Positions 25,585 through 37,352 of a DNA stretch of 41,535 nt are shown in pieces. The notes under the pieces were generated by a model. That model was not told where the DNA came from and did not search any database. It saw only the letters and a list, made by a program, of their open reading frames with translations. The stretch comes from Octopus sinensis (taxonomy: Eukaryota), in NCBI RefSeq assembly GCF_006345805.1, contig NW_021835252.1, positions 1 through 41,535 on the forward strand, given 5' to 3'. Position 1 is the first letter of the stretch. Every line of letters begins with the position of its first letter. The position numbers were made by a program, and so were the translations under genes.

Positions 25585-25672
25585 CATGTCTGTGTCTTTG
25601 TGTTTATCCTCTCTCCACCGCTTGACCACTGATATCCTAGCATAGCCGTAGTCCAAAGACTGAAACACTGAA
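25585..25672 (+). mobile_element. Family A SINE 3' fragment with internal deletion
   Basis: TGTGTCTTTGTGTTT ... CCACCGCTTGACCACTGAT joined to CTAGCATAGCCGTAGTCCAAAGACTGAAAC. Confidence 0.65.
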
Positions 25673-25750
25673 ACTAGGATACATATCGATCTAGTAAGTC
25701 CGGCAAAGGCCGTAAGCACAGTTACTGCTCTACTCTGACTATATAGTATA

Positions 25751-26158
25751 GGTGCACGAGTGGCTGTATGATAAGTAGCTGGTTTACCAACTACATGATC
25801 CCCGTTTCAGTCCCACTGCATGGCACTTTGGGCAAGTGTCTTCTACTATAGCCTCGGGCCAACCAAAGCCTTGAGAGTGAATTTGGTGGACGGAAACTGA
25901 AAGAAGCCCGTGGTATATATATATATATAGATATATACACATACATGTATGTGTGTGTGTGCCTGTTTGTCCTCCCACCAAACTATTGCTTGACAACCGA
26001 TGCTGGTGCGTTTACATCCACATAACTTAGCGGTTCGGCAAAAGAGACCGATAGAATAAGTACTAGGCATACAAAGAATAAGTCCTGGGGTCAATTTATT
26101 CGACTAAAGGCGGTGCTCCAGCATGGCCGCAGTCAAATGACCGAAACAAATAAAAGAA
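25751..26158 (+). mobile_element. Family A SINE, full length
   Basis: GGTGCACGAGTGGCTGTATGATAAG head, TTGGGCAAGTGTCTTCTACTATAGC CORE, central microsatellite, GGCGGTGCTCCAGCATGGCCGCAGTCAAATGAC tail. Confidence 0.93.
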
Positions 26159-26269
26159 TTAAGTATATCAAATGCGTTCTCATATACTAAGATTACGAAA
26201 AATTAATGCGCGCCTATTCAAAATTTCTATCACGAAAAGCAAACAAAAAAGGGACAAAAGCATGTGCAG

Positions 26270-26415
26270 GATTGCTCGTCTTGCTAAAAATAGCCAACAA
26301 TCTTCCCTCAGTATCTCTCTATGTGTTTCAAAAGCACAAAAAGATAACACTAATATGATGTGGTATTTAGGACTTGAACGGCTCTGACCATTGGTCTGTT
26401 CTATCAGTAGCTAAA
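26270..26415 (+). mobile_element. Family C repeat, degenerate
   Basis: CTTGCTAAAAATAGC ... ATCTTCCCTCA ... TCTGACCATTGGTCTGTTCTATCAG. Confidence 0.45.
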
Positions 26416-27370
26416 TAGATGAGAGAAAGACAGAGAGAGAGAGGGAGCGAAAGAGAGAGAAAGGGAAATTGAGAGAGAGGAGGAGAGGCCCAGTAAGAAC
26501 ACGAATGTCATTATATTGAATTCTTCTTCATAAACTACAGTCTTTTTAGTATAAAGTGAGAAAGAGTTGTGCAGTCAAAATGAAACCTATTTTTCCCAAC
26601 CAAAGTCTAGCTCATAAAACAATTAGCAACGAAAATAGCAACAACAAAGACATCTGCAAAGCACAAGCTGTGAATGTTATAGAATATGGGCACGACTCCA
26701 GTCTCTTACACAACCAGCTAGCTAGACCATTATCTAGTTTTCTTTTAGTCTTCAATGTTTCCAAATACAAGCTGTCGTCTCTCTGTTATGACTTAACAGT
26801 AAAGTAGCTTAAGACACCAATGCCAACTCTTGCAATCACCTCGACCAACTCTTTGCACATTCTCTTTCTTTCTTTCTTTCCTTCTTTCTTTCTTTCTTTC
26901 TTTCGTTCTTTCATTCTTTCTTTCTCACTGTCTCTATGGATTCTCTCTTCTCTTTCATATATTCTATATTTTCTCTTCCCACTTTGTTTTCTATTTTATT
27001 CATTTAGTTCGTGTGTTTATGTATTTCCTCGTCCTGACTAGTTTTTGTTCTTCTGCTATTTTGCTTCTTTTGTTTCATCTCTTGACCTCTCTATTCTGTA
27101 CTTCCTTCCCCTATATTTCCGTCTATTTTTCTCCTCTATTTCTTTGTGTTTCTCTCCATTTGTGTCTCGTGCTATTTGTTATAGTCAACTGTATCTGCTC
27201 CTACCCGTCTCTCTCCCTCTCTCCCTCTCTCTTATTTCCCTACCATACAACCTCAGACTTGAAATGATTCTGTGTAGGTGTCCTTATGTCATTAATTTAC
27301 TTCCCTGGTCATCCGTTTCGATATCAACAACAGAAAATCCCACTCAACTAATCGAGAGAGAGAGAGAAAA

Positions 27371-27426
27371 GGAGAGTGTGGTTGACAGTGAGAGAGAAGG
27401 AGAGTGTGGTTGACAGTGAGAGAGAA
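27371..27426. repeat. Exact 28-bp tandem duplication
   Basis: GGAGAGTGTGGTTGACAGTGAGAGAGAA x2. Confidence 0.9.
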
Positions 27427-28423
27427 AGAAAGAGTGGAATAGAAATAGAGGGGGAGGTTTTGAGATTACTAAAGTAACTGATCGTCATCAGATATAATCT
27501 CATGTCAACTCCACCACCAACGCATCCACCACTCCCTTCACCACCGCAATCATCATCGTCTCCACCGTCACACAACAATAGATGGTGACTATTCGTATAG
27601 TCACCATCACCGAACCACAACCACCTCCACCACCAACAGCAGCAGGAACAACAACAACAACACCAATACACCACCTTCACCAACAACAACCACACACCAC
27701 CGCTACCACCACCAGCATTAACACAGCTACATCACCACCAACAACACAACCATCATTGCTGGACACCATTATCACCACCATCATAAGCACATCAACCACC
27801 ATCACCACCACCACCACCAACACCACCACCACCACCACCACAGGCACCTCAGCCATTACCGAAACTAAGACCACAGCTAACATCCCTAACATAGTCACCA
27901 TCACCACCACCACCACCACTACCACCATATCCGCCACCACCTATAACACTACCCCAAACACCACCACCACCGTCAACGGCAGTGCAGCTACCCATCATTA
28001 CGAACCTCAACACTGCAGTTAGTTTACTCAGATTTCCTTGCCTCGTACTATCAACAGTGCTATCGCTTATACACCACCACAACCATCGCCACTGCACCCA
28101 TCGTTATTTCTACTAATTGCTGTAACGGCTGAGACCCCCCCACTCCAGCAGAACTCCATTATTAAGAACGGACACAAATAGAGACTATTTCCTATATCAA
28201 CCTACAGTAGCTGCTGCAGTGGAGACAAGAGAGGCAGCGACCGCCAGCCACCACGCCTCCCCTATTAACAACCGGCTTACCTACTTACACCCCAGACCCA
28301 TTGGACACCGCTATCACCAACACACCGAGTGCTATCGGCTTACTAAATCCCTTCCGCTGAAACTCTATGTGGTCGCTCCGACTTGCTAAGAACAGCAACT
28401 AAATCTCTCTCAAATCGCACACT

Positions 28424-28504
28424 ACTTTACTCTTTTACTTTTTTACTTGTTTCAGTAATTTGACTGCGGTCATGCTGGAGCACCGCCTTGAGTCGAATCA
28501 AATC
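28424..28504 (-). mobile_element. Family A SINE, 3'-end-only copy
   Basis: TTTTACTTGTTTCAGTAATTTGACTGCGGTCATGCTGGAGCACCGCCTT. Confidence 0.85.
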
Positions 28505-28845
28505 TTTTATTCTCTTACTTGTTTCAGTCATGACACTGCATCCATCCTGGGAAACCGCCTTGAAAATTTTTTTTTCTAGTCGAATGAATCAACCCTCTGG
28601 GGTATTTTTTTTTTTTTTTGCTATTTTGTTGAGCCTAGTATTTTTTCTATCAGTCTCTTAGGCCGTACCGTTACGTTACGGGAACGCAAACACACAAACA
28701 CCGGTTGTCAAGCAGTGGTGCGGGACAAATACACACACACGATGGGCTTCTTTCAGTTTCCGTCTACGAAACCCATTCATAAGTCTTTGGTTGGCCCGAG
28801 CAAGAATACGCATGCTCAATGTGCCACCGCAGTGGTTCTCAACCC
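28505..28845 (-). mobile_element. Family A SINE, diverged, head truncated
   Basis: TTACTTGTTTCAGTCA ... ACACCGGTTGTCAAGC ... GGGCTTCTTTCAGTTTCCGTCTAC ... GTGCCACCGCAGTGG. Confidence 0.85.
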
Positions 28846-29081
28846 TGTTTTGTTTTGTTTTTATGGGTTATAATTTTTTTTCCTTAAAAATAAAAGGGAG
28901 GTGCTCATTGGAGAATGCAATATGAGACAAAGTATTTCAGAGGAGGTGGGATAGTCATGGCTAAGTTGTCTTTGATTATAAGTGTTTAATCAAAGCTCAT
29001 CTGGAGCTAAACAAGAACACTTCCAGCTATTCATCTCTTGTACATGCTCTCATTCCTGATTTTAATCAAAATCCTTCCAGC

Positions 29082-29242
29082 CTCTAGCGTAGCTAGGGTG
29101 TGTGCCGCCCGAGTCGGCCCTTCTGTTTGCCACCCTCCCGGACTCCATAGTGCCTACAACTGACATATTGCCTAAAGCAGACCCAAAGTGCTGCTCCTTT
29201 AAAAGTGCCGCCCGGGATGGACCGCCCATACCGGAGCTAGTG
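29082..29242. mobile_element. hAT-like MITE (161 bp) with 8-bp target site duplication
   Basis: CTTCCAGC at 29074-29081 and 29243-29250; short imperfect TIRs CTCTAGC / GCTAGTG; GC-rich body with subterminal GTGCCGCCCG repeated. Confidence 0.75.
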
Positions 29243-29802
29243 CTTCCAGCCATGATTCAGTTTCACAATTAGGAATAGTAAATAGTTCACTACGGATCAC
29301 ATTGTCCAATAATATGTCTGAGAGGAAACACCTCGGGGGAGTGTTCTGCTTGTTAAATACAAATACGGTAGGACCTCATATGTGTTATATCGTGAGTTGA
29401 AAAATAAATTGAGGTTACCCTTGCAATTAGAAAACAAAACACGGGCAAGAGATGTCAAAAATAAAGTTAACTGCAATAAGATCAGTTTAAAGAAATTTTG
29501 GGGTGTCATATAGGCTACACAGATTAAGTAAGAACTGATGAAAACAATGTATATTTTTAGTTCTTATTGCACCTACTTCGCAAAAATTATTCTACACAGT
29601 TGGCAAAACTAAAAGTGATAATTTTATTAGAAATGGAGTATAATGGCGAAATTGATTATGAGTACAAAATATCATATACCACATATCACCGGAAGCCCAA
29701 TTCACTTAGAAATTAGTAAAAAAGAAAAAAAGGTGTAATTTGATTCTACACATCACAGCTTACATCATACAGTTCATTGAAAAATCACCATTTCGATCTT
29801 GT

Positions 29803-30181
29803 AAACTGCGGAAATCGTCATATCTTATCGTTTAGTTTATCAGGCAGCTTTTGCGTAATCTTAGTTTTCTGCCAAAGTTCTAAATCATTTCTTTTCATGA
29901 ACCTGCACGCCATCCAATACTGGTCTTGAAATCCAATCTAAAATTCCTGCTTCCTTCAATTCTTCTCGTGCATAATTCTGTAGGTTTCTCACTTTGACAA
30001 GTTTTTAATATCCACAGAGCAACTTGTTTTTCTCTAAGTTTGGAAACTTGTTTGGCTTAGCTATGATGGCATTTTATTTATCTTTTTTTTTTCATGGGTG
30101 GGCTATTTTCTGAAACTTGTCCGATATATTTCTCGATTTCTGTTTATTATTATTATTATTATTATGATTATTATTATTATG

Positions 30182-30235
<54 letters not shown>

Positions 30236-30379
30236 GTTGTTGTTGTTGTTATTATTATTATCGTGGAATTATAAAATCTTTTGCTGCAGTACAGTTATCT
30301 TTTCTACAGTTTTAATAACTTTCAATTTAAATCCTACCATACATTTTTGCTAGCTTTTCTGCTGCTGATTTGTACTCAT
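29803..30379 (-). pseudogene. pogo-type (Brinker-DBD + CENP-B/Tc5 HTH) transposase relic, N-terminal part
   Basis: Manual translation: MSTNQQQKS*QKCMVGFKLKVIKTVEKDNCTAAKDF (Brinker-like), then KFPNLEK/VALWI ... DFKTSIGW/RFMKRNDLELWQKTKITQKLPDKLNDKI*RFPQF; stops, frameshifts and a (TAT)n expansion interrupt it. Confidence 0.8.
30145..30260. repeat. (TAT)n/(TGT)n microsatellite inside the pogo relic
   Basis: Directly visible. Confidence 0.95.
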
Positions 30380-31148
30380 TATTGTGATGACAAAAAGGTA
30401 AAACTGCCACGGTATAAATGACATATAGTAATATATCCTTGAATGTTTCACGGAAACTGATCTCGGTTGATTTACCACACAAAAGATAACTATGAAATAA
30501 GTGCAGTAGATAAATGCATGAAAGACCAGTCGCAAAAACAACAACAACAACAACAAAAAAGAAATTTTCAAAAGGGAAGAGTAATACATAAATAAAACTA
30601 GCATTTAGTCACCCAAACATTTACTAATTGAAAGTGAATGAAATAGTGTAACTTAAATAGATGTAGGCTTGTTGCAATCGGTCACAAAGTCACTCTTTAT
30701 ATCGCAAAATAACAAGTTGGCTTAGATATTTCCTTTAACATTGTAATAACTTTTTGTAAATAATAGAATCATGTACCATTTCCAGGATACATTAATGATG
30801 TGTGAGTTACACTGAAGTGCAAGCACGTAAAAAAAAAAAATTGGACAAAGATATTTCCTTGTCCTGAGTTTTATACATACGATGATATATCTAAATTCAA
30901 CAGTTGGTCAGTTACTTTCGAAAACATAGTCACGCTTTACGCGCAAATATATGGAAAATTCTCGATTGTTTTTACCCAACTTAGAAAGGAGACACTAATT
31001 TTGACATGTAATCAAATTATACCTGGGTATACATGGTATATTACTACCATTATTGTTACTATTGCATATATCAACATTAATTCTAAGTGTGTAAAACACA
31101 ATTACAATAATCTTCGGAATGTAGCACTATCACAGATGTATCAGCTGC

Positions 31149-31195
<47 letters not shown>

Positions 31196-31431
31196 TAATC
31201 CTTTCAACTAAAGGCACAAGGCCTGAAATTTGTGGGGGCGAGGAGACTAGTCGATTACATCGACCCCCAGTGTTTCACTGGTATTTAATTAATCGACATC
31301 GAAAGGATGAAACGCAAAGTCGACCTCGGCGGAATTTGAACTCAGAACGTGCAGACGGACGGAATGTCGTTATGCGAAAATCGGCTACGCATTTCGCCCG
31401 GCGTGCTTACGATTCTGGCAGCTCGCCGCCT
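31149..31431 (-). mobile_element. Family B SINE, full length, with (TTA)n tail
   Basis: Reverse complement starts AGGCGGCGAGCTGCCAGAATCGTAAGCAC, B-box GAGTTCAAATTCC, domain GTCGACTTTGCGTTTCATCCTTTCG; (AAT)n at 31149-31193 is the tail. Confidence 0.9.
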
Positions 31432-32174
31432 CACCAGTAGTAGTAGTAGTAGTAGTAGTGGGGGGTCGTGGTAGTAGTAGTAGTGGGGGGGGGTCGTGGT
31501 AGTAGTAGTAGTCAGTATCAATAGCAGTGACATAAATTTTGAACATTGCCATTCATCTAAAGCTAAATATCATCAATAGCATATTCCAACACCACCGATA
31601 CCGAGCTATCACTAATACACGAGTACCTCTCGCCATTGCCATTATGCTACCAACAACTACCATCACTACTGCTTCCTCTGGCACCCTCCCCTTTACTTCT
31701 CAACCCTATCCAGTTCTCCTTCACATCAACCCCACCACCACCACCACCACCACCACCAGGACAAGCCACCTTTCAACAATTGAACAAAAAAACCAACAAA
31801 CAACTGTTTTATCTAAACAACAAGTTTGCTTCTCCCAGGAGGCAGAAATACAAAACTATTAATTTATTCTTTAAGTTTTCTTTTTTTTATTTTTTTTTGT
31901 AGGTGCAGCAGCTCTTCTTAGTAAAAAAAAAAAACCAAAACAAAACAAACGAGCAAACAAACACATAAATCAATATTATTTGCTATTGCTTGATCAAGAC
32001 GATAATGCTGACGATAATGGTTATGAGTGCTGTATTGTTGGTGATACGAGTCCGGTGGTGTGTCATTGACTGTGGATACGCTGTTCTGGTTCATATATTA
32101 ATCCAGAGGGATGCACTCCTAAGGGGATAACCTCGTGTTACCATTTTCGTTATGCAGCAGTAGCAAATAGCTTC

Positions 32175-32254
32175 AATTTGTATGTATGTATGTATGTATG
32201 TATGCACGTATGTAGACATTTATGTCTGTATACATAATACATATGCATGCATAT

Positions 32255-32306
<52 letters not shown>

Positions 32307-32357
32307 CATACATATATATATATATATATAGATATATATATATATATATATATATAG

Positions 32358-32389
<32 letters not shown>

Positions 32390-32490
32390 CATATTATATA
32401 TAAACTGATACCATACATTCATAAATATATATATCTCCACAACATACATATATAAACACACATATACATAGATACATATATTTACTAGTT

Positions 32491-32560
<70 letters not shown>
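32175..32560. repeat. Compound (TATG)n/(TA)n/(GT)n tract
   Basis: Directly visible. Confidence 0.95.
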
Positions 32561-32562
<2 letters not shown>

Positions 32563-32731
32563 AAGGGCTGAACAGACAGCACATAACAAGGAGAAAAAGT
32601 TAGATGAAAGCAGAACAAACGGGAAACTAGACGAAACTTAACGAACGGAAAATATAGACAAAGACACTATACACGGAATATTCGCAGCTGAGTTTTCCAC
32701 CTCATTCAATGTGATATATAAATATATATAT

Positions 32732-33050
32732 ATACAGGCTGGAGTGATTCTAGGAGATATATTGGCTCCCTACCTTTTTATCATCGTGGTGGACTATTAT
32801 CTGCGCTTTGCGTTGGAGAAACAACAAAACTCTGGCTCTCCTGTAGCGCCGGCTCAGAGCAAGAGGGTCAAAGCTAAAAAGATATCAGATACTGAATCTG
32901 CTGACGACATAGTTCTGGTGACAAATACAGTGACGGGAACAGAGGAGTTGATACAGGAGTCGGAGACTGTGTCGATGAGTGTGGGACTGAAAGTGAATGA
33001 AATTAAAACGAAGTATCTGGTAGTGAACATTAAGAAGCCAGAGAAAGTTA
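32732..33050 (+). pseudogene. RTE-clade LINE reverse transcriptase fragment
   Basis: ORF 32711-33082: AGVILGDILAPYLFIIVVDY (GV.QGD.LAP.LF motif), ISDTESADDIVL (degenerate F/YADD), GLKVNEIKTKYL. Confidence 0.9.
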
Positions 33051-33054
33051 TGAA

Positions 33055-34109
33055 TGTTTCAATTGTTTCTTCATATTGGTGAACAAAGGATTGTTAGATA
33101 GAGCCAAATCAGGAGAATAGGGAAGAGGATCAACCAGTTCAAAGCCAATCACTCACAGTAGCCATTTAAACCAATGACGTGTGCTGGAGCATTGTCTCGA
33201 TGAAGCAAATTCTATTTCGTCAGTTTTCCTGGGCATTTGGACTTGACAACCTTTCGTAACTAACTCAGCATGCTGGCTCTCCATTAATGGTGTAGCCCTT
33301 TTGAAGAAACTCAATAAACACGATGCTTTTTCCACCCCCAAAACCTGAGGCCATCAACTTCCTACCAGATGAAACAACCATGGTCTTCTTTAGAGCAGGT
33401 GAGGAGGGGTGTTTCCACTGCACGGATTGTCTCATTGTCTCTGGCTGAAACTGATGAACCCAACACTCATCCTGAGTTAGGAAACGTTTAAAGAAACCGG
33501 TTGGATATGCTCCAAAACAGATTTTCCTGTGATGTGATCACCCTAGTACGCTTTTGATGAGGTGTCAGAAGACGTGGTACCCACAGAGTGCCACCTTTGT
33601 CACGTCAAGTTCATTGTGCAAAATATTCTTAAATATCTCACTGAACGTGCTAACATTGGCTATTTGATTTATAGTCAATCACCTGTCATCCGTCAGCTTG
33701 TGGTGAACACAATAAATATGTTCCTTGGTAGTGACAGTTGCAGGACGTCCAGACCTTGGGTCATCTTCAAGACTCCCCCTTTTCCTCTTAAATTTAGCTG
33801 CCCACTTTTGCACTGTTGATAAACCTAGAACATCACCCATTAATATAGCAACCATGTCAATATAGATGCCCTTGAGGGCTGAAACCTTTTTTCTGCCGGT
33901 ACTTGATAACACCATAAATTCCCAATTTTGACCCTTTTCAAGAGAAGTGCAGTTACATTTGAAGTCTTTGAACAATCAGATAATAGCTTACCTGGAAAGA
34001 AACAATGCAGTTATTAATGACAAAAGTTGAAATGAATGCATGAAAGATTTCACAGCTCTGACATCACACTTTCATAGTTAACCTATAAACTTTTCAGCCC
34101 ACCCTCGTA
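33055..34109 (-). mobile_element. Decayed mariner (DD34D-type) transposon, 5' TIR present, 3' end missing
   Basis: End reads TA-CGAGGGTGGGCTGAAAAGTTTAT on minus; fragments STVQKWAAKFK..SLEDDPRSGRP, LWVPRLLT, TQDECWVHQFQPET, HRDNAPAH, PYSPDLALSN..LF.NMKK across frameshifts. Confidence 0.93.
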
Positions 34110-34294
34110 AACAGTTACATTGTCCTAGGACTTACAATCGTACCTTAAGAAAATAGAGAATATTTTGAGTACCTTATCCATTATGTTCTTAATTATATAT
34201 TCTGTTGTCTTTTCGATTTGGTTGTACTTATGTGTTTGTGTGTGTGTGCGCGCGCGCGCGTCTGTTTTATTAATATATTATTATAATCTCTCTA

Positions 34295-34314
34295 TTTCTA
34301 TCTATCTATCAATT

Positions 34315-34347
<33 letters not shown>

Positions 34348-34392
34348 ATATCTATCTATCTATCTATCTATCTGTCTATCTGTCTCTATTTG

Positions 34393-34455
<63 letters not shown>

Positions 34456-34525
34456 GTCTATCTATCTATCTGTCTGTCTGTCTATTTATCTGTTTGTCTA
34501 TCTATCTGTCTGTCTGTCTATCTAT
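34295..34525. repeat. (CTAT)n/(CTGT)n microsatellite
   Basis: Directly visible. Confidence 0.95.
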
Positions 34526-35294
34526 TTCATATATTGTATGATACAAATATTATATTTATACGCAAACATATATTCATACACGTACACATGCATACATAGA
34601 GAAGGAAAGGACGAAAGAGAGAGGGGAGAGAGGGTGAGAGAGAGAGAGAGAGAGATACGTTTTTCTTTTTTTCGGAGTCTGATAAATCTGGACGGGAAAA
34701 ACAATGGCCGTTTTTTTTTCTAAAGGCAGTAAATTTTCGCCCTCCCATCAAATTTGAGTTTGCTTCAAAATATCCCATACACGCACTGTGTAAAGACCAT
34801 TGCAAACACTCATAAACTCACTGTTTCCACTTGCCCGAACTTATCCTCACAATAATAAAATACATACATAATTACATACACGATCTATATAAATATATAT
34901 ATATACATACATATACATCTATTAATGTGCATAGTCAACATATCACATAAATACAAGCATACATGCATGCATACATATAGTGTAAATATATATTAATGCA
35001 CATATTCACCTATGTGTATCTGTATATGGATCCTATTTGCCTTTCATCTCTTCAGGGTCGATATAATTGATAGGGGTGGGGACGGTGTCCATTAAGAAGA
35101 CAAAACAAAATATTAATAATAATATAAATAATGAAAAATCGTTTGTGTCTTAAGAATGATCTCATATTTTGTCTAGTATTGCTTTTTCCTTGATATTAGT
35201 TGTTTGAAGCAGTTGTAGACATTAAAGGAAGCCGGCAGTCTTTTGTTTCTTAAAATATCATTTATTTATTTATTACTCACCTAACTCCTTGTTC

Positions 35295-35311
35295 GTATAT
35301 ATATATATATA

Positions 35312-35344
<33 letters not shown>

Positions 35345-35412
35345 CATATATAGATATGTATATATATATATTACATATATATAGATATATACACAACATA
35401 TATATATAAATA

Positions 35413-35445
<33 letters not shown>

Positions 35446-35453
35446 CACATATG

Positions 35454-35484
<31 letters not shown>

Positions 35485-35491
35485 TATATAC

Positions 35492-35552
<61 letters not shown>

Positions 35553-35577
35553 CATATATATATATATGTATATATGT
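35295..35577. repeat. Imperfect (TA)n tract
   Basis: Directly visible. Confidence 0.95.
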
Positions 35578-36070
35578 ATTGGTTGCTCACTTGGAGACGT
35601 GTGAGTCGTAAGGGTAAGTTTTAGTTCGTTCAGTTTTATAATGTCAGCGGTTTCCTATTATGTCAGTAGCGCCAGTTCACTCAGAGTACTAATACTAATA
35701 CTAATACTACTAACAACAATAACAATAATAATAATCATCATCATTATTTCTTTTATTGGCCACAAAGTCCCAAATCATGGTAGACAATATCAATGGACGA
35801 GAGACAACACGCAAATAATTGAGTTTTAAAACGATCAAGAGGAGACACTATAATAATAAGTTTATAACAAAAATATAAGATTTGCGTGGGGCAAGTCTAG
35901 ATCTCAAATGGATAGGTGCATCACATCGCTGAAATCGGTGGTTACACAGAGTGGTTCTGTTAACTTGCAGTATTGCAATATTGCAGTCCAAATCATATTC
36001 TTAGTATAGCGTGAGGTTAGAGCTTTATTCTCAGAAAGGATAAATGCTTGAGTCCCTACCGCAAAACTAC

Positions 36071-36135
36071 AAGCTAACTATAGTGGTAGCTTATAAGTGG
36101 TAGCGTCGTGGAATTTCCCACGACGCTACCGCTAG
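36071..36135 (+). other. Double hairpin ending in CTAG, possible Helitron-like 3' terminus
   Basis: GTGGTAGCGTCGTGG-AATTTC-CCACGACGCTACCGC (15-bp stem, one G:T) overlapping CTAG followed by T; upstream AAGCTA..TAGCTT palindrome. Confidence 0.45.
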
Positions 36136-36564
36136 TTTCAGTTACTCGCAGTACCTCTGTGTTTGATACCAAAATTCTTACGGTTAAGCTGAAGGATGAA
36201 AACAGTATCCCACTGTTATACTATATCGTCCGATATTATAGATATCGACAAGTTATTTTATACTATCCCTATTTATTATACATGCATTTATTGAATTTTT
36301 TAAAAACATCAGAGAAACAAACGGCTGATCTAGATTATCTGATCTATCGTTGATTTCACCTTTGGGGTCCCCTGAATTTGAATCAAACAATTATGTATGT
36401 ATGTATGTATGTATGTATGTATGTATGTATGTATGTATGAGGTACGCCGGTGTGTGCAACCTAAGTTGATGTGTAGATCGGAGATGATCGAGAAATAGGG
36501 AAGTAAGATGTTGATGAATGAGTTTGAAAGTGTATCAGGAGATTAAGAAAAGGAGCTAATGAAT

Positions 36565-36720
36565 TATAGTTAGGTCTGTCCAAAATGATCTATTAAGAAA
36601 GGCCTTCCGGTTATGGCCATTCCACCCTTTGTATATCCAGAACCACACTGTCCGGTGATTCTTTTCCTTTTCTTAAAGTTAGAATGTGTCTTGCGAGAAA
36701 TCTGGCGCTACTAGCAGTAT
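36565..36720 (-). mobile_element. Family C repeat, degenerate
   Basis: AAAGGCCTTCCGGTTATGGCCATTCC ... GAGAAATCTGGCGCTACTAGCAG. Confidence 0.55.
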
Positions 36721-36774
36721 GAATGACACTGTACTCCTTTATTTTGTAAGGAAATGTTAATATAGGAGTGGATA

Positions 36775-37156
36775 GGCGTAGGATTGGCTGTGTGGTAAGT
36801 AGCTTGCTTACGAACCACATGGTTCCGGGTTCAGTCCCACTGCGTGGCACCTTGGGCAAGTGTCTTCTACTATAGCCTCGGGTCGACCAAAGCCTTGTGA
36901 GTGGATTTGGTAGACGGAAACTGAAAGAAGCCCATCCTATATATATGTGTGTGTATTTGTCCCCCTAATATCGCTTGACAACCGATGCTGGTGTGTTTAC
37001 GTCCCCGTAACTTAGCGGTTCGGCAAAAGATGACCGATAGAATAAGTACAAGGTTTACAAAGAACAAGTCCTGGGGTCGATCTGCTCGACTAAAGGCGGT
37101 GCTCCAGCATGGCCACAGTCACATGACTGAAACAAGTAAAAGAGAGTAAAAGAGAG
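36775..37156 (+). mobile_element. Family A SINE, full length, well preserved
   Basis: A box TGGCTGTGTGG, B box GGTTCAGTCCC, CORE CCTTGGGCAAGTGTCTT, tail (AGTAAAAGAG)2. Confidence 0.95.
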
Positions 37157-37159
37157 ATA

Positions 37160-37352
37160 TTTAGGCCTCAATCATTTCTGATCGAGCAGGCCTAAGATCA
37201 AACTCAATCTACTCAATAATTCAGACATGCTTTCCCTAGAACTACTTTATGCCATATACCATTTCCTTTTCTAAGAGGGTAGAGTGTTATTCGAGGGAGA
37301 TTTGACTGCTATTTTAGTAGATTGAGTAACGTTGCTGAGGACCTCTCGCTGG
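37160..37352 (-). mobile_element. Family C repeat, degenerate
   Basis: CTGATCGAGCAGGCCTAAGATCAAA ... GAGGGAGATTTGACTGCTATTTTAG. Confidence 0.65.

Larger units (their letters stand above)
28360..29020 (+). mobile_element. Family C repeat interrupted by nested family A SINEs
   Basis: 5' part CTTGCTAAGAACAGCAACTAAATCTCTCTCAAATCGCACAC (to ~28423); 3' part CTTAAAAA ... GGGATAGTCATGGCT ... CTTTGATTATAAG ... CTGGAGCTAAACAAGAAC after 28880. Confidence 0.6.

Noticed and set aside
27582-28022. 146-aa Thr-rich mucin-like ORF
   Set aside because: Degenerate (ACC)n low complexity like many other tracts here; no signal peptide or splice evidence
28830-28846. CAGTGGTTCTCAACCCT, resembling a hAT-Charlie TIR
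   Set aside because: Aligns with the degenerate family A B-box region (CAGTGGGACTGAACCC); no partner TIR or TSD
35610-35625. Consensus splice donor G|GTAAGT
   Set aside because: No acceptor or plausible exon upstream, which is a (TA)n tract
36775-36850. tRNA-like sequence with A and B boxes
   Set aside because: It is the head of a multi-copy SINE, not a tRNA gene; no full cloverleaf
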